Virus record (IMG/VR): IMGVR_UViG_3300022602_000055 | Source: an uncultured virus (IMG/VR IMGVR_UViG_3300022602_000055) | Taxonomy: Duplodnaviria; Heunggongvirae; Uroviricota; Caudoviricetes | Strand: one strand, 5' to 3' | Length of the DNA stretch: 64,000 nt | In this document: piece by piece, positions 35,681 through 45,316 of the stretch | Numbering within the stretch: position 1 is the stretch's first letter | How the letters are laid out: each line of letters opens with the position of its first letter | Made by a program: the position numbers and the translations under genes | The notes under the pieces: generated by a model | The model's input: only the letters and a program-made list of their open reading frames with translations | Databases searched by the model: none | What the model was told of the DNA's origin: nothing

Positions 35681-36372
35681 GACTTTAATCTTAGATTACC
35701 TACCTTACTTTGAACAGGTATATCGGTAAAAGCTTCAAAAAGAAAATTGCGTGTTGCATCACCATAAGCATCTTCCCAGCCTTCTGGGTCAATGTTTGTA
35801 GTGATAATTGTAGGTAGACCGTTTTCGTGCCTTGTTCGTATTACTTCGTGGAACAAGTTAATATTCCAACCGTTCTTACCAGCGTGCTCTCTACCAACGT
35901 CATCTATAACCAAAACTCTAATGTTGTACGCATCGTCAGCACACTCACCTAGCATCCCGTAGTAAAGCTTCTCATCCCAGTCGTTAGATTCGTTTCCAAT
36001 GAGGCGTCCTTTTAAGGAAATAAGTTTTACAAAAGATGTGAAATAGCATGGACGAACCAATACGCCAGTTTCATTCTTAAACTCTTCCAAAGAAAAAGTT
36101 GTAATCATCTCCTGTAAAAGCGCAGAGGCAAGAGTGGACTTTCCATTTCCTGGAGGTCCATACATCAAGATTCCTTTACCGCACATCTTAGAATCATAAC
36201 TTCGTATAACTCTGCCTGCTTTTACATGGCGTATCCAGCCTTGAACAATATCTTTAGATTCAGCTAAGTCAGCGCAATCAGCAGTAGTCCAGCCGATAGA
36301 TGCTGCAGGAATAGATGCAACCTTGAACCACGAGCGACGACGTATCTTTAAATTTTCTACTTTGTACATCAC
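35677..36372 (-). CDS. DnaC/IstB-like AAA+ helicase loader
   Basis: GPPGNGKS, VIDDVGRE, PTIITTN. Confidence 0.85.
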   Translation of the reverse strand: MMYKVENLKIRRRSWFKVASIPAASIGWTTADCADLAESKDIVQGWIRHVKAGRVIRSYDSKMCGKGILMYGPPGNGKSTLASALLQEMITTFSLEEFKNETGVLVRPCYFTSFVKLISLKGRLIGNESNDWDEKLYYGMLGECADDAYNIRVLVIDDVGREHAGKNGWNINLFHEVIRTRHENGLPTIITTNIDPEGWEDAYGDATRNFLFEAFTDIPVQSKVGNLRLKS

Positions 36373-37283
36373 TCCTCCAATAATCTTCTAGCCCGTTCAA
36401 GGCTGTCTTTTGCCGATTGCTCAAACCTATCAGAATCATAGAACTGGCGCGAGGCTTGTTCTTTAAGGTTTGTAAAGTTTGTTAAAAAAGTTTTCCAAAT
36501 TCGGTCGGGGTCAATAACCGTCTTAAGCCATGGCTGGGCTAAATAGATATCAACCATCTTCTTCTCAATAAGCCCGTCAGTTCTAGAAATGCTTCTCTTC
36601 TCAGAGAGTGCTGGTACAAAGCGAGTGTCTTTAACTTCCCAAGGCTTTACATCAAAACGCTTGAGCATCAAAGTATCTTTGAAGTAGTAGGCGACATCTG
36701 AAGGAGTCCAATCCTTTGGATTCAGTCTGTCCCTGTCCCGAAGGCTTACCTTCTTGCGGTGAATCTCTTGGCGCTGGGTATCGCGCTCTCTTTGCTTGCG
36801 CTCACGTTCGGCGGAACGGCGGGCGATAGCCTCTGCCTCGTACTCCCTGTCGTCAGCGGTGTACTCAAAGTCCACAGAGCCCTCTCCAAATTTTAAAATC
36901 GTAACACGCGAATTTTTTCCTTCCGAAATTTTTTTCGGAATAGTTAAGTTCTTAGAGGTATTAGAGATTAAGCCTTTTGGCTTTATGGAATTAGTAGCTA
37001 ATTGACTATATGGGCTATACAACAGTATCAGGAGTTCCTTTTCGGGACTCCCATCTGGGAACTCCCGTAATCGTGAAACTGTCACATATTTGTTGCCTGA
37101 CTTGTCAGTAGCAACTATCTCTCTAGTAGTCTCTATCCCACCAGCATCGCGTATCTCCTTGAGTATCTTCAAGAAATACTTACGCCCGTGGTCGGGAAAA
37201 AGCTCGCTCAGGTTATCCGCGCTAATTCTTGTACCTGTAGCGGTAAGGAACATGTAATAAACAATTGCTTCCAGCGAAATCAC
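36369..37283 (-). CDS. Putative replication initiator (N-terminal wHTH)
   Basis: HTH-like N-terminus; directly upstream of the DnaC-like gene; internal repeats. Confidence 0.55.
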   Translation of the reverse strand: MISLEAIVYYMFLTATGTRISADNLSELFPDHGRKYFLKILKEIRDAGGIETTREIVATDKSGNKYVTVSRLREFPDGSPEKELLILLYSPYSQLATNSIKPKGLISNTSKNLTIPKKISEGKNSRVTILKFGEGSVDFEYTADDREYEAEAIARRSAERERKQRERDTQRQEIHRKKVSLRDRDRLNPKDWTPSDVAYYFKDTLMLKRFDVKPWEVKDTRFVPALSEKRSISRTDGLIEKKMVDIYLAQPWLKTVIDPDRIWKTFLTNFTNLKEQASRQFYDSDRFEQSAKDSLERARRLLEE

Positions 37284-37948
37284 TGGGACTTCTTTACTTC
37301 AGAAACAATCATCTTTGCCATGACCTTTGCGAATTCTAGCATAGAGTCATAGAGGCGAGCCATTAGCTCTTCCTCCTCCTCGGTGTACTCCTCAGAATCC
37401 TCAAAATCGTCCTCTACGCCCTCTAGGAGCCCTTCAGAACCATCTTCTGGTGTATTGACTACTTCAACCTCTTCTACAGGCATCTTAGGGGCTTTTTGAG
37501 CCTTTATTCCTGATACAGGGGTAATATCCAGTAATCCCTTGGTTAGGTCATAGCAGGGTATCCCTTTAGCCGAAAAACTGGCTAGGGCATCTAAACAGCG
37601 TGGGTCTTCGTCATCCCATAGCAGGAATCCATATGCCTTGGAGTCCCCTGCAAAAAGCTTGCTAGCGTCCTTGTAGGGACTCTTAGAAACTGTGAAGGTG
37701 GTTCCCTTAGGTAACCCAACCGCTTTTGACTCGTCGGTCAAATAGGCAAGGATTTGTAGATTTTTCTCTTTGGCGACATTGGCAGCAAACTGCTGACCCT
37801 CTGATGGGTAATCGTCATAGACAAGCGTGATGATTGGCTCTTGCTTTTGTTGCTTGAGCATAATTAAATAATCGTTGAGTAAAGCCTCAACATTGATATT
37901 ACTGGTCTTTCCATTTCCTGCAATTAGCAGGTAAGTTGATTCAGCCAT
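37280..37948 (-). CDS. Hypothetical protein (Rossmann/SLOG-like N-terminus, acidic tail)
   Basis: YLLIAGNG start; AGGAG RBS. Confidence 0.55.
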   Translation of the reverse strand: MAESTYLLIAGNGKTSNINVEALLNDYLIMLKQQKQEPIITLVYDDYPSEGQQFAANVAKEKNLQILAYLTDESKAVGLPKGTTFTVSKSPYKDASKLFAGDSKAYGFLLWDDEDPRCLDALASFSAKGIPCYDLTKGLLDITPVSGIKAQKAPKMPVEEVEVVNTPEDGSEGLLEGVEDDFEDSEEYTEEEEELMARLYDSMLEFAKVMAKMIVSEVKKSQ

Positions 37949-37989
37949 GGCTGCTCCTCTGTTTGAAGGGAGAGCCAGTCTATAACCTC

Positions 37990-38253
37990 TTAGCGGTTTC
38001 TTCCAAGTGGTGTGACAACGGCTTTTGTAAAGGACGCTAACTTGTCAGCGGCAAGTGCTAAAAATGGTGCTAGAAAGCATGATGCGCCTATATAGACAAT
38101 CATTTCTTTTATGGACAAACCACCTAAAAGGGCGCAACCCACCACAGAAAAGACAATTGCGACAAATACCTTCATAACGCCTAGATGAGTAAACCGCTCA
38201 AATAATGCGATGAAGAAAGCAGTAAAACAAGAAATAAGCATGAGTGTTGTCAT
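37990..38253 (-). CDS. Membrane protein, possible holin
   Basis: Three hydrophobic segments in 87 aa. Confidence 0.5.
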   Translation of the reverse strand: MTTLMLISCFTAFFIALFERFTHLGVMKVFVAIVFSVVGCALLGGLSIKEMIVYIGASCFLAPFLALAADKLASFTKAVVTPLGRNR

Positions 38254-38265
38254 AATGTGACAACC

Positions 38266-41061
38266 TTACATCGCTTGATAATAGACTGCAAAGTTGGAGC
38301 CATAAGGCAAGAAACTAGCTAAGTTGTTGTTAAGAACTGCATTAGTTGCAACTTTGTTTTTGTAGTAATAAGAAGCGCTCTGACCAACTGTTCCCGCCCA
38401 TGAGATATCGGTATCTTCTGCGTAGCCCCAGTCTCCATTGAAATAATTGATAAAGAATGGTTGGTTTTCAAAGATAACTCCACCAAATCTCAAACCGTAG
38501 CCAGCTCCTGGAGGTGTCCACAAAATATGTAAATTAGCGTAAACAGCGCTTGCTGGAGATGAGTCTGTTAAATAAAAATATTGAGAGTTCGCTGGGTCCA
38601 TCGGGGTTACCGCTGGTTGCGTGTATGAAGTGCTTATCAAGTTATAGCTGGAGTCGTACCAGTCAATTGCTAATTGAGCTGTAACTCCAACGCTAGGGTT
38701 GTTATCGCTTGAAGTTATTAACTGAGCGCTATACGTATATTGCGAACTTCCATTTACTGGTATGTATTGACCTGTGCTGGATGCGTAGGTGATTGTTACT
38801 TGAGATGTTCCAGTTGAATATGTTTCAGCCATATTTGGGCTAACAAGGGTATTGCCTGAAGTAGGAGAGGCTCCTTCACCAGTTGCAATGTCGATAGTTG
38901 CGTTAGAAGCTGACCAACCACCTAAGATTCCATAGTCAAAATCTGAATAAGCGGCTAAATTAATTCGGTTAGGTTGTACGTAAACTTGAATTTGTCGGGC
39001 ATCCTGATAATACGTTGCAGAAGAGGATTGCTCTAATTGGCAAGCATCAACATAATGAACGTGTGTTGAAGTATCTGTAAGAGAAATGTTTGGGACAGCA
39101 AAGTAAGCGTTTGATGGGGCGGTTGCTGATACAGATACTTTAGTCCAAGCAGTTTTAGAAGAGGTAGTTCCAGTAGAGGTATTAGTAGAAATAAAGTTTC
39201 CTCGGTAGTCATACCAAGAAATACCAGCAAAAAATGAGTTAGTCGCAGTCACAGAATAGACTTGATAACTAAATGTGTACGAAAGACTTGATGTTACTGG
39301 AATTCCCTGTCCTACAGCATTTGATGCTCCGCAAGATGCTGAAACAACTCCATTAGATGTGGTTAATATTCCCAACCCTTGTATTGCATTCGCAACTCCC
39401 ATAGGGTTTCCTGTTTCAGAATATGGCAATACAGGTTGAGCATACAGATACCCAGTAGTTCCAGATGCTGTAGGGTTTCCCGTCACTGTTGTTATAGTTA
39501 CTGTAAGCGTGTTTACTTGTTGAATTGTGTTAGTAACAGTTGATACAACTACTCCAGAGGTATAAGCGCCATCAATAGATGGGCTTCCTTTAATATACAC
39601 AGAGCTTCCAGTTGCAAAAGCAGATGAGTTCTTTGAGTTATAGACGCACGTTACAGTGATAGTGTTTCCAGAGGTGCTCCAAGAAGTTATAGGTACAGCA
39701 ACAGAGCCTGCAAGAGTTCCGTTATTAACTACCCAACGACCTGATGGAGAATCTGTAGAAAGTACCTCAAAAGATGAATCGCTAGAGTCTAGGAACAGAT
39801 TTTTTCCTTGAACTACTTTTGATGAGTTACCTGTTAAGGCTTTTATGTAATCAATAGTTCCTTGGTAACTACCTTTAGATTGATAGATATGAATTGCATT
39901 AGATATTAAAGAACGCATTCTTTTAAAACCAAGCTCAGGCTCATAATTAAAGTTAAACTGCTGTAAAGCTGCTGGTATTAGAGTTCCCGCTAGCTTATCT
40001 ATTTGATTTCTCTTGCCCACTAAATCAGCGTAAGTTTTTAACAAATCGTAATAAAAACCAAACATTCCCAAAAAACTTCGAAGAGTAGAGTTCTCTGGGT
40101 TGTCTATACCAAGCTCTGTATTTGATACTTTGTAAATATTAGGAAGATAGTCATAGAGTTTATACTGAGACCCGTAATCTTTTACAGATAGTCCTGAAGC
40201 ATTTCCAACTCTAACCCATTGAGTGTTGATACCAACAGTTGCTGTAACAGATGATGAGCTTGCAGATGTTCCAGTAGTATTAGAGTAAATAGTAAAGGTG
40301 TACGGAGTTGTTGACACAACTTCTATCCCAAAAAAGTTAAAACTTGGATTTGCCATATTAACAATTCCTACAAAGTTACCTACTGAAAATCCGTGAGGAT
40401 TAGCTGTTGTGTAAGTTATTGACGTGCCATTACCTGTTGCGCTTGTTACGGTAACTGTATTTGTAAGGGTTTTTAAAAATACCGAGTAATAATAAAAACG
40501 ACCTTGAACCAGTTCATTTACATATACATATCCAGAAGTGCCTGATTGACCGTTAAATTCATTTTGAGTGGTGGCAATAGTTATAGTGTTTCCACTGACA
40601 GATGAAACTACCCAAGTGCCGTCAACCGCAGTTTCACCGTAAATGTTAATAGTTGAACCAGTAGCGATGTATGTGGCATCGTTAACTACTACTGTAAAAT
40701 TAGAGATTCCACCAGTCCACGACGAAATGTATCTAACTGAGTTAGGGTCAATCGCTATATTTTGGTGAGGAAGGATTGGGATTTCTGGAGCAGCAGGGTC
40801 GTAGTAAGAGGTAGTTGTTGTGGCGTTGGTGTACCCAACAGTTTGGTCTACTAAAACAGTTCCATCATCAGCTGTTTCTGGAAATCCGTAAATACTTCTT
40901 AGTAATCTTATTCCAGTCCAGTTACCTGTAGGGGCTGACCAACTTAAATATATTTTTGCATAATCTACGGGCGTGGCTGTAAAAGTCCCGATGTTAAAAC
41001 TAGTTACGGAAGGGCTGCCGTATACCCCTTTACCGTAGTAATCAATTCCGTAGCGTGCCAT
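38266..41061 (-). CDS. Baseplate/minor tail protein with carbohydrate-binding-like domains
   Basis: YDYLP...LRSFLGMFG...YQSKGS (P2 gpI-like); beta-rich; follows baseplate J. Confidence 0.75.
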   Translation of the reverse strand: MARYGIDYYGKGVYGSPSVTSFNIGTFTATPVDYAKIYLSWSAPTGNWTGIRLLRSIYGFPETADDGTVLVDQTVGYTNATTTTSYYDPAAPEIPILPHQNIAIDPNSVRYISSWTGGISNFTVVVNDATYIATGSTINIYGETAVDGTWVVSSVSGNTITIATTQNEFNGQSGTSGYVYVNELVQGRFYYYSVFLKTLTNTVTVTSATGNGTSITYTTANPHGFSVGNFVGIVNMANPSFNFFGIEVVSTTPYTFTIYSNTTGTSASSSSVTATVGINTQWVRVGNASGLSVKDYGSQYKLYDYLPNIYKVSNTELGIDNPENSTLRSFLGMFGFYYDLLKTYADLVGKRNQIDKLAGTLIPAALQQFNFNYEPELGFKRMRSLISNAIHIYQSKGSYQGTIDYIKALTGNSSKVVQGKNLFLDSSDSSFEVLSTDSPSGRWVVNNGTLAGSVAVPITSWSTSGNTITVTCVYNSKNSSAFATGSSVYIKGSPSIDGAYTSGVVVSTVTNTIQQVNTLTVTITTVTGNPTASGTTGYLYAQPVLPYSETGNPMGVANAIQGLGILTTSNGVVSASCGASNAVGQGIPVTSSLSYTFSYQVYSVTATNSFFAGISWYDYRGNFISTNTSTGTTSSKTAWTKVSVSATAPSNAYFAVPNISLTDTSTHVHYVDACQLEQSSSATYYQDARQIQVYVQPNRINLAAYSDFDYGILGGWSASNATIDIATGEGASPTSGNTLVSPNMAETYSTGTSQVTITYASSTGQYIPVNGSSQYTYSAQLITSSDNNPSVGVTAQLAIDWYDSSYNLISTSYTQPAVTPMDPANSQYFYLTDSSPASAVYANLHILWTPPGAGYGLRFGGVIFENQPFFINYFNGDWGYAEDTDISWAGTVGQSASYYYKNKVATNAVLNNNLASFLPYGSNFAVYYQAM

Positions 41062-41071
41062 CTATTTAACC

Positions 41072-41473
41072 TTAAAACCCACCCATTGCATCTATGGCAT
41101 AGATGTTATTAATGAGAGCTGTTTGAGCAGTAACAGTAGAGCTAACTCCAACAAATGAGTTAGCTAACGAGTATGCAGTAGCAGCTAAGTTTTCTACGTT
41201 AGTTATTCTGTCCCCCACGTTGTAAAACGTAGTTGCTCCAGTGTAAAGATAGGTGCTAATGACTGGGGAAGTAGACCCTGAAGTGTTTAAAGTTAAGTTA
41301 GTTTTAAACGTTCCAGAGTTTTGAGGAGAAAGTCCCAAAGTTGTCTCAATAGCGTAAACTTCAGCTTGGATTAAGTTAGGATGGGAGGCATCAACAACTT
41401 CGCTTTGGTTTGCGTGCGTAGCAAAGCTAGTTACTGTTGCAGAAGGATACTGAGGCGTCACTCCGTATGGCAT
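41072..41473 (-). CDS. Virion structural protein
   Basis: DASHPNLIQAEVYAIETTLG; baseplate context. Confidence 0.65.
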   Translation of the reverse strand: MPYGVTPQYPSATVTSFATHANQSEVVDASHPNLIQAEVYAIETTLGLSPQNSGTFKTNLTLNTSGSTSPVISTYLYTGATTFYNVGDRITNVENLAATAYSLANSFVGVSSTVTAQTALINNIYAIDAMGGF

Positions 41474-41486
41474 TTTATCTCCTTAA

Positions 41487-42941
41487 TTAAAATCCACCGA
41501 CTGTGTTTACAGTGATGGTAAGTGCCTGAGGAATTTCAAAGTATTGAGTAGTCACATCTACTACACCACTGCTGCCGTCCCTGTTAAGCAGGGTCAGCGT
41601 GGAGCTTGTAACCCCATCTACTGCGTTTACAGCGTTGTAAATATCTGTTTGTCGAATAGTTTCTCCAAAAAATACATTTGTAAAAGACAGTAAATTAGAA
41701 ATAGCGTTTTGAACTGCTAGTTGAACAGTAGAAGCTTTTCTGTTAGAAGGAATAGTAACCAAAATAGTTACGTCTATGTTTACATAGCTTGGAGGCAGCA
41801 CAGTTAGGGATGTGTTTGGAGGAACTATTGGTGCCAAGCCTGTAATGATATTGCTTTGTAGGGTAGTGAAGTTAGATGTAAAGGCACCACTCACTACTCC
41901 TGGGTCTCCAGCTTGAGCTGCATAAATAACAATACTGGAAAACGAATTTCCTACAGCAGTTGCCATATCAGCGCCTAAGTTAGCTCTAACATAATCTGCG
42001 TAGTCTTGAAGAGTAACAATTCTGTTAAGAGTTGAAATTCCCTTTTTAGTGTTGATTCTAATAGAGTCTGTAGATTCTTGGTCAGTTCCTCCATAAGCAG
42101 CACTTGGCTGAGAAACATTTAGACCAGGTTGAGAGTTAATAACCTTAGTAATAGAGCCTGCAGCAATATTTCCTGCTGAACCGCTAGTGACTACATATGA
42201 AAAAATAAGCTGTGCATTAATCGGAGGAATTCTTCCGCTTACACCATCTCCAAAGATTACAAATGTATTTCCTAAATCATCGTAAATTGTAGAAAATACA
42301 GGGTCGTTAGAGCCCGCATCTATAAGATTCTTTACATACGAATACACTGTTGAATCTACAGCAACTGAAAGCGTTTGGTCTGCAATAGGAGATTGCAAAA
42401 GTTGATAGACCTGAGTAGCTAGACCATCAGAGATTTGTACAGGGTCAGTTACAGTAGTTCCTTCCCTTACCTGCACAAGAGTTCCAGTGCTTCCAGCTGG
42501 AATACTGGTGCTGGTCAATACTTCAAATATAACCTGTTGATTGCTGCTGTTTACTACAGTTGTAGTTGAAACTTGGGTGCCTGAAGCAACTAAGATTGGT
42601 GAGCTAGTACTATTAGAAAAAGCAACTGTTGCTACCGCTGCTCTAGCGTTTTTAGGAAAATAATTAAGCGTGCTTGCAATATCTAAAATACTGCTTCGTT
42701 GGCTGGCTGTAGTAAGAAACGATTCATTTGCCGCTCTATCAATAAAAAAGCTTAAGTTATCTGCAGCTGAAGCAAAAAGCTCAAGCAAGGTAATTCCAAA
42801 ATCAGAGGGGTCTCTGTTAGTCCATGTTGGTAAGAAGTACTGAATTAATCCCTCTAAATCAGCTTTTATAGATATAAAATCTCGACTTGTGTAGTCCTGT
42901 TGAGGTACAAAGTTGCTATATACGGGGTATGAATTAGCCAT
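41487..42941 (-). CDS. Baseplate J / gp6-like wedge protein
   Basis: DYTSRDF, DFGITLLE, FGDGVSGRIP, GGTDQES, RIVTLQDY. Confidence 0.9.
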   Translation of the reverse strand: MANSYPVYSNFVPQQDYTSRDFISIKADLEGLIQYFLPTWTNRDPSDFGITLLELFASAADNLSFFIDRAANESFLTTASQRSSILDIASTLNYFPKNARAAVATVAFSNSTSSPILVASGTQVSTTTVVNSSNQQVIFEVLTSTSIPAGSTGTLVQVREGTTVTDPVQISDGLATQVYQLLQSPIADQTLSVAVDSTVYSYVKNLIDAGSNDPVFSTIYDDLGNTFVIFGDGVSGRIPPINAQLIFSYVVTSGSAGNIAAGSITKVINSQPGLNVSQPSAAYGGTDQESTDSIRINTKKGISTLNRIVTLQDYADYVRANLGADMATAVGNSFSSIVIYAAQAGDPGVVSGAFTSNFTTLQSNIITGLAPIVPPNTSLTVLPPSYVNIDVTILVTIPSNRKASTVQLAVQNAISNLLSFTNVFFGETIRQTDIYNAVNAVDGVTSSTLTLLNRDGSSGVVDVTTQYFEIPQALTITVNTVGGF

Positions 42942-42942
42942 C

Positions 42943-43353
42943 TTATCCTCCTTGGACTATATCGCCGTAGCGGTTGAGTGAAGCAGTTTGGGCAGACATA
43001 GTCTGTGTAATGCCATTAGGTAAAGTATAGTCAATTTCAACGTTTATTCCGCCGTGTAAGTCATCAAGAGTTGTAGTTACTCTATTTAAAGTTAGATTTG
43101 GCAACCATTTAGCAAACGCTGTAGAGACTATGCCTTCAGCTAGGGTAGTCACTGACCAACTTCCTTCAAATACTAATGAGTTAATGTCTGAACCAAAGTC
43201 TGGACGCATGACTCTTTCAGACAGCTGAGTAAGGACTACAAACCTAACTCTGTCTCTCCAAATAGTTTCGTCATCATTTTCCACGTAGTTGATAGAACCA
43301 GATGAGTTGATAGAAAATGGAAAGGCTATAGCCTTTCCCTCAGTGTTATACAT
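42943..43353 (-). CDS. gp25/GPW-like baseplate wedge protein
   Basis: LTQLSERVMRPDFGS. Confidence 0.9.
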   Translation of the reverse strand: MYNTEGKAIAFPFSINSSGSINYVENDDETIWRDRVRFVVLTQLSERVMRPDFGSDINSLVFEGSWSVTTLAEGIVSTAFAKWLPNLTLNRVTTTLDDLHGGINVEIDYTLPNGITQTMSAQTASLNRYGDIVQGG

Positions 43354-43733
43354 TAGATATATGCCCCCATCCAGACAGGAAAGTTAGGGTCGCCTTTTTC
43401 AAACATAATCCAGACGACTTGGTTGATATTGGGAACACTTATATGGGCGCTATGAGATGAGTTCAGGGTTACATAGTGGGAGTGAGACGACGACCCCGTA
43501 CCCCCATCGTTTACCGAACTGGTTGTATAAGTATCTGTGTGGTTTGAATGAGTGCTGTTGTCCACTACAGGCATACATCCTGGAATCCAGTCTGTAACTG
43601 CTTGAGAGTTTAGAGACGGGTCACCCAGTAAATCAGGTATAGATACTTTAATCCTGTTATGTTGTGTAGGGTCTTGATTATCGTAGCAAATCCCACGATA
43701 TAGACCGTAGTAGCGATTATCTGACACCCGCAC
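43353..43733 (-). CDS. Baseplate spike (gp5/gpV OB-fold)
   Basis: YRG...DP...RIKV.IP...VWIMFEKGDPNFPVWMG. Confidence 0.85.
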   Translation of the reverse strand: MRVSDNRYYGLYRGICYDNQDPTQHNRIKVSIPDLLGDPSLNSQAVTDWIPGCMPVVDNSTHSNHTDTYTTSSVNDGGTGSSSHSHYVTLNSSHSAHISVPNINQVVWIMFEKGDPNFPVWMGAYI

Positions 43734-45033
43734 TCCTAAGCTTATTTACAGTGGCTGCCGTAGCGTTAGATTTTGGCACAGATGTTCTTATATCTCCCGC
43801 TGTATTAACCCATTTAGGAGAGGTAGCTTTTGAAGACCTAACTGATACAGGTTGTTTTCTGTTAGTAGCTAATCCAAAACCAGTGCTTTTAGATGAGTTA
43901 TTTATGGTCGGGGTATTTATAGAAAGTTTTGAGGGAACAGGTTTAGTTCTAGATGGAGTTGCTGGGTTAATAACTCTTACAGCGGTAGGTCCTGGAATAG
44001 CTGTTCCAGAGGAGACCTGACCTAATGAATCTGTTCCAAGTACCATCTCAACGGTATAAAGGTGCTCTTTAAATATGTGGGTACATTCAAGAACAGTCCA
44101 ATAACCAGAATAATCTTTACCCACTCCATCTATAAATACAGGTAAGTCTGGTCTAATTCTTGCATCACCTAGAACCTCAGCTTTTCCTCGGTAAGGAAAT
44201 TTATTTCTCTCATCTGCAGCAATTGCTTCATATAAAGCTACCGTGGAGTTTGGTATAACAGCATTGGTATGAAACCTGTCAAAGAACTCTGGTTGAGAGC
44301 TTGCTTTACTTGTAGAAGGTCTTGTTTGATTGGTGTTAACAATAGAACTACCGCTAGTTAAATCAATTCCACCAACTGCTGTAGCAGCCTTCATGTAGCC
44401 TTCATGTTCATTAGCTTCGCTTATTTCAGGAGTAAAGTGAAATAAGTTGTAGCCTAGGGGGTCGTTTGTAGCTCTCATAATAAAGTAAGGCGCACTTGCT
44501 TGATAATCTGTAAAATCTTTATTTACAGGGTCAAAGTAGAGAGTTGTTCCATCAGCTCTAAGCGTATACCCCGAACGAATTGCTAAAGAACATGCAAATT
44601 CCCAGTCAGTTTCCCCCACCTGCAAAAGGTTGTCGTAAACACGCCCATGGGGAGTACTGTGATATGCAAATTGATGTTTCTTTGCTATTTGAGTTATTAC
44701 TTGGTCAGCTGTAACTTTAGACCAAGCGTTTTGAGATGCTTGTTTCATAGTGTACGAAGCGCCTACAGCTGTTATTTCTACAAAATGCTTATTAGTGGCT
44801 AAATCTGGAGTAACGGAGTGAATGTATCCGACAAATTCTTGAGAACCGTTTGCGGAAGAGTATGTTACTTTTACAGGAGAGCCTGTCTTAATATCTGAAT
44901 AGTTTAATCCCCAGTTTTTTACATACATGGTCAAGTGTTGATGTTGATATCTGCCCATGGTTAAAACAGTCCTGTACGACAAAATAGTCTTAGTCTCGGA
45001 CTGTGGAAGCTGAATATCTATAAAGTTATACAT
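43717..45033 (-). CDS. Baseplate hub (gpD/VgrG-like)
   Basis: QVGETDWEF, GDARIRP, YSGYWTV. Confidence 0.8.
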   Translation of the reverse strand: MYNFIDIQLPQSETKTILSYRTVLTMGRYQHQHLTMYVKNWGLNYSDIKTGSPVKVTYSSANGSQEFVGYIHSVTPDLATNKHFVEITAVGASYTMKQASQNAWSKVTADQVITQIAKKHQFAYHSTPHGRVYDNLLQVGETDWEFACSLAIRSGYTLRADGTTLYFDPVNKDFTDYQASAPYFIMRATNDPLGYNLFHFTPEISEANEHEGYMKAATAVGGIDLTSGSSIVNTNQTRPSTSKASSQPEFFDRFHTNAVIPNSTVALYEAIAADERNKFPYRGKAEVLGDARIRPDLPVFIDGVGKDYSGYWTVLECTHIFKEHLYTVEMVLGTDSLGQVSSGTAIPGPTAVRVINPATPSRTKPVPSKLSINTPTINNSSKSTGFGLATNRKQPVSVRSSKATSPKWVNTAGDIRTSVPKSNATAATVNKLRSAGVR

Positions 45034-45316
45034 GAGGAATTATCAACTTTGTTCCTGGTGCAATGTTCATAGGGTCTTTTATTTGAGGATTAAACTCAGC
45101 AATAACCCACCAAAGGCTAGGTCTGTTGTAGTAATTAAAAGCTATTTGGTCTAGCCGTTGACCTTCTACATAGGTGTGAACATCATATGTAATGTTACCT
45201 AAGTTAGAAAACTTGTAGGTTACAAAAGGAAGTTGCTCACCGCCTTCTTTTAACTGTATGAACTCTATTACAGACTCAATGTATCTAGAATTATTATTAA
45301 TCGCCACGAGCACCAC
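45026..45316 (-). CDS. LysM / tail-X baseplate protein
   Basis: EGQRLDQIAFNYY...WWVIAEFNP...GTKLIIP. Confidence 0.85.
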   Translation of the reverse strand: MVLVAINNNSRYIESVIEFIQLKEGGEQLPFVTYKFSNLGNITYDVHTYVEGQRLDQIAFNYYNRPSLWWVIAEFNPQIKDPMNIAPGTKLIIPHV

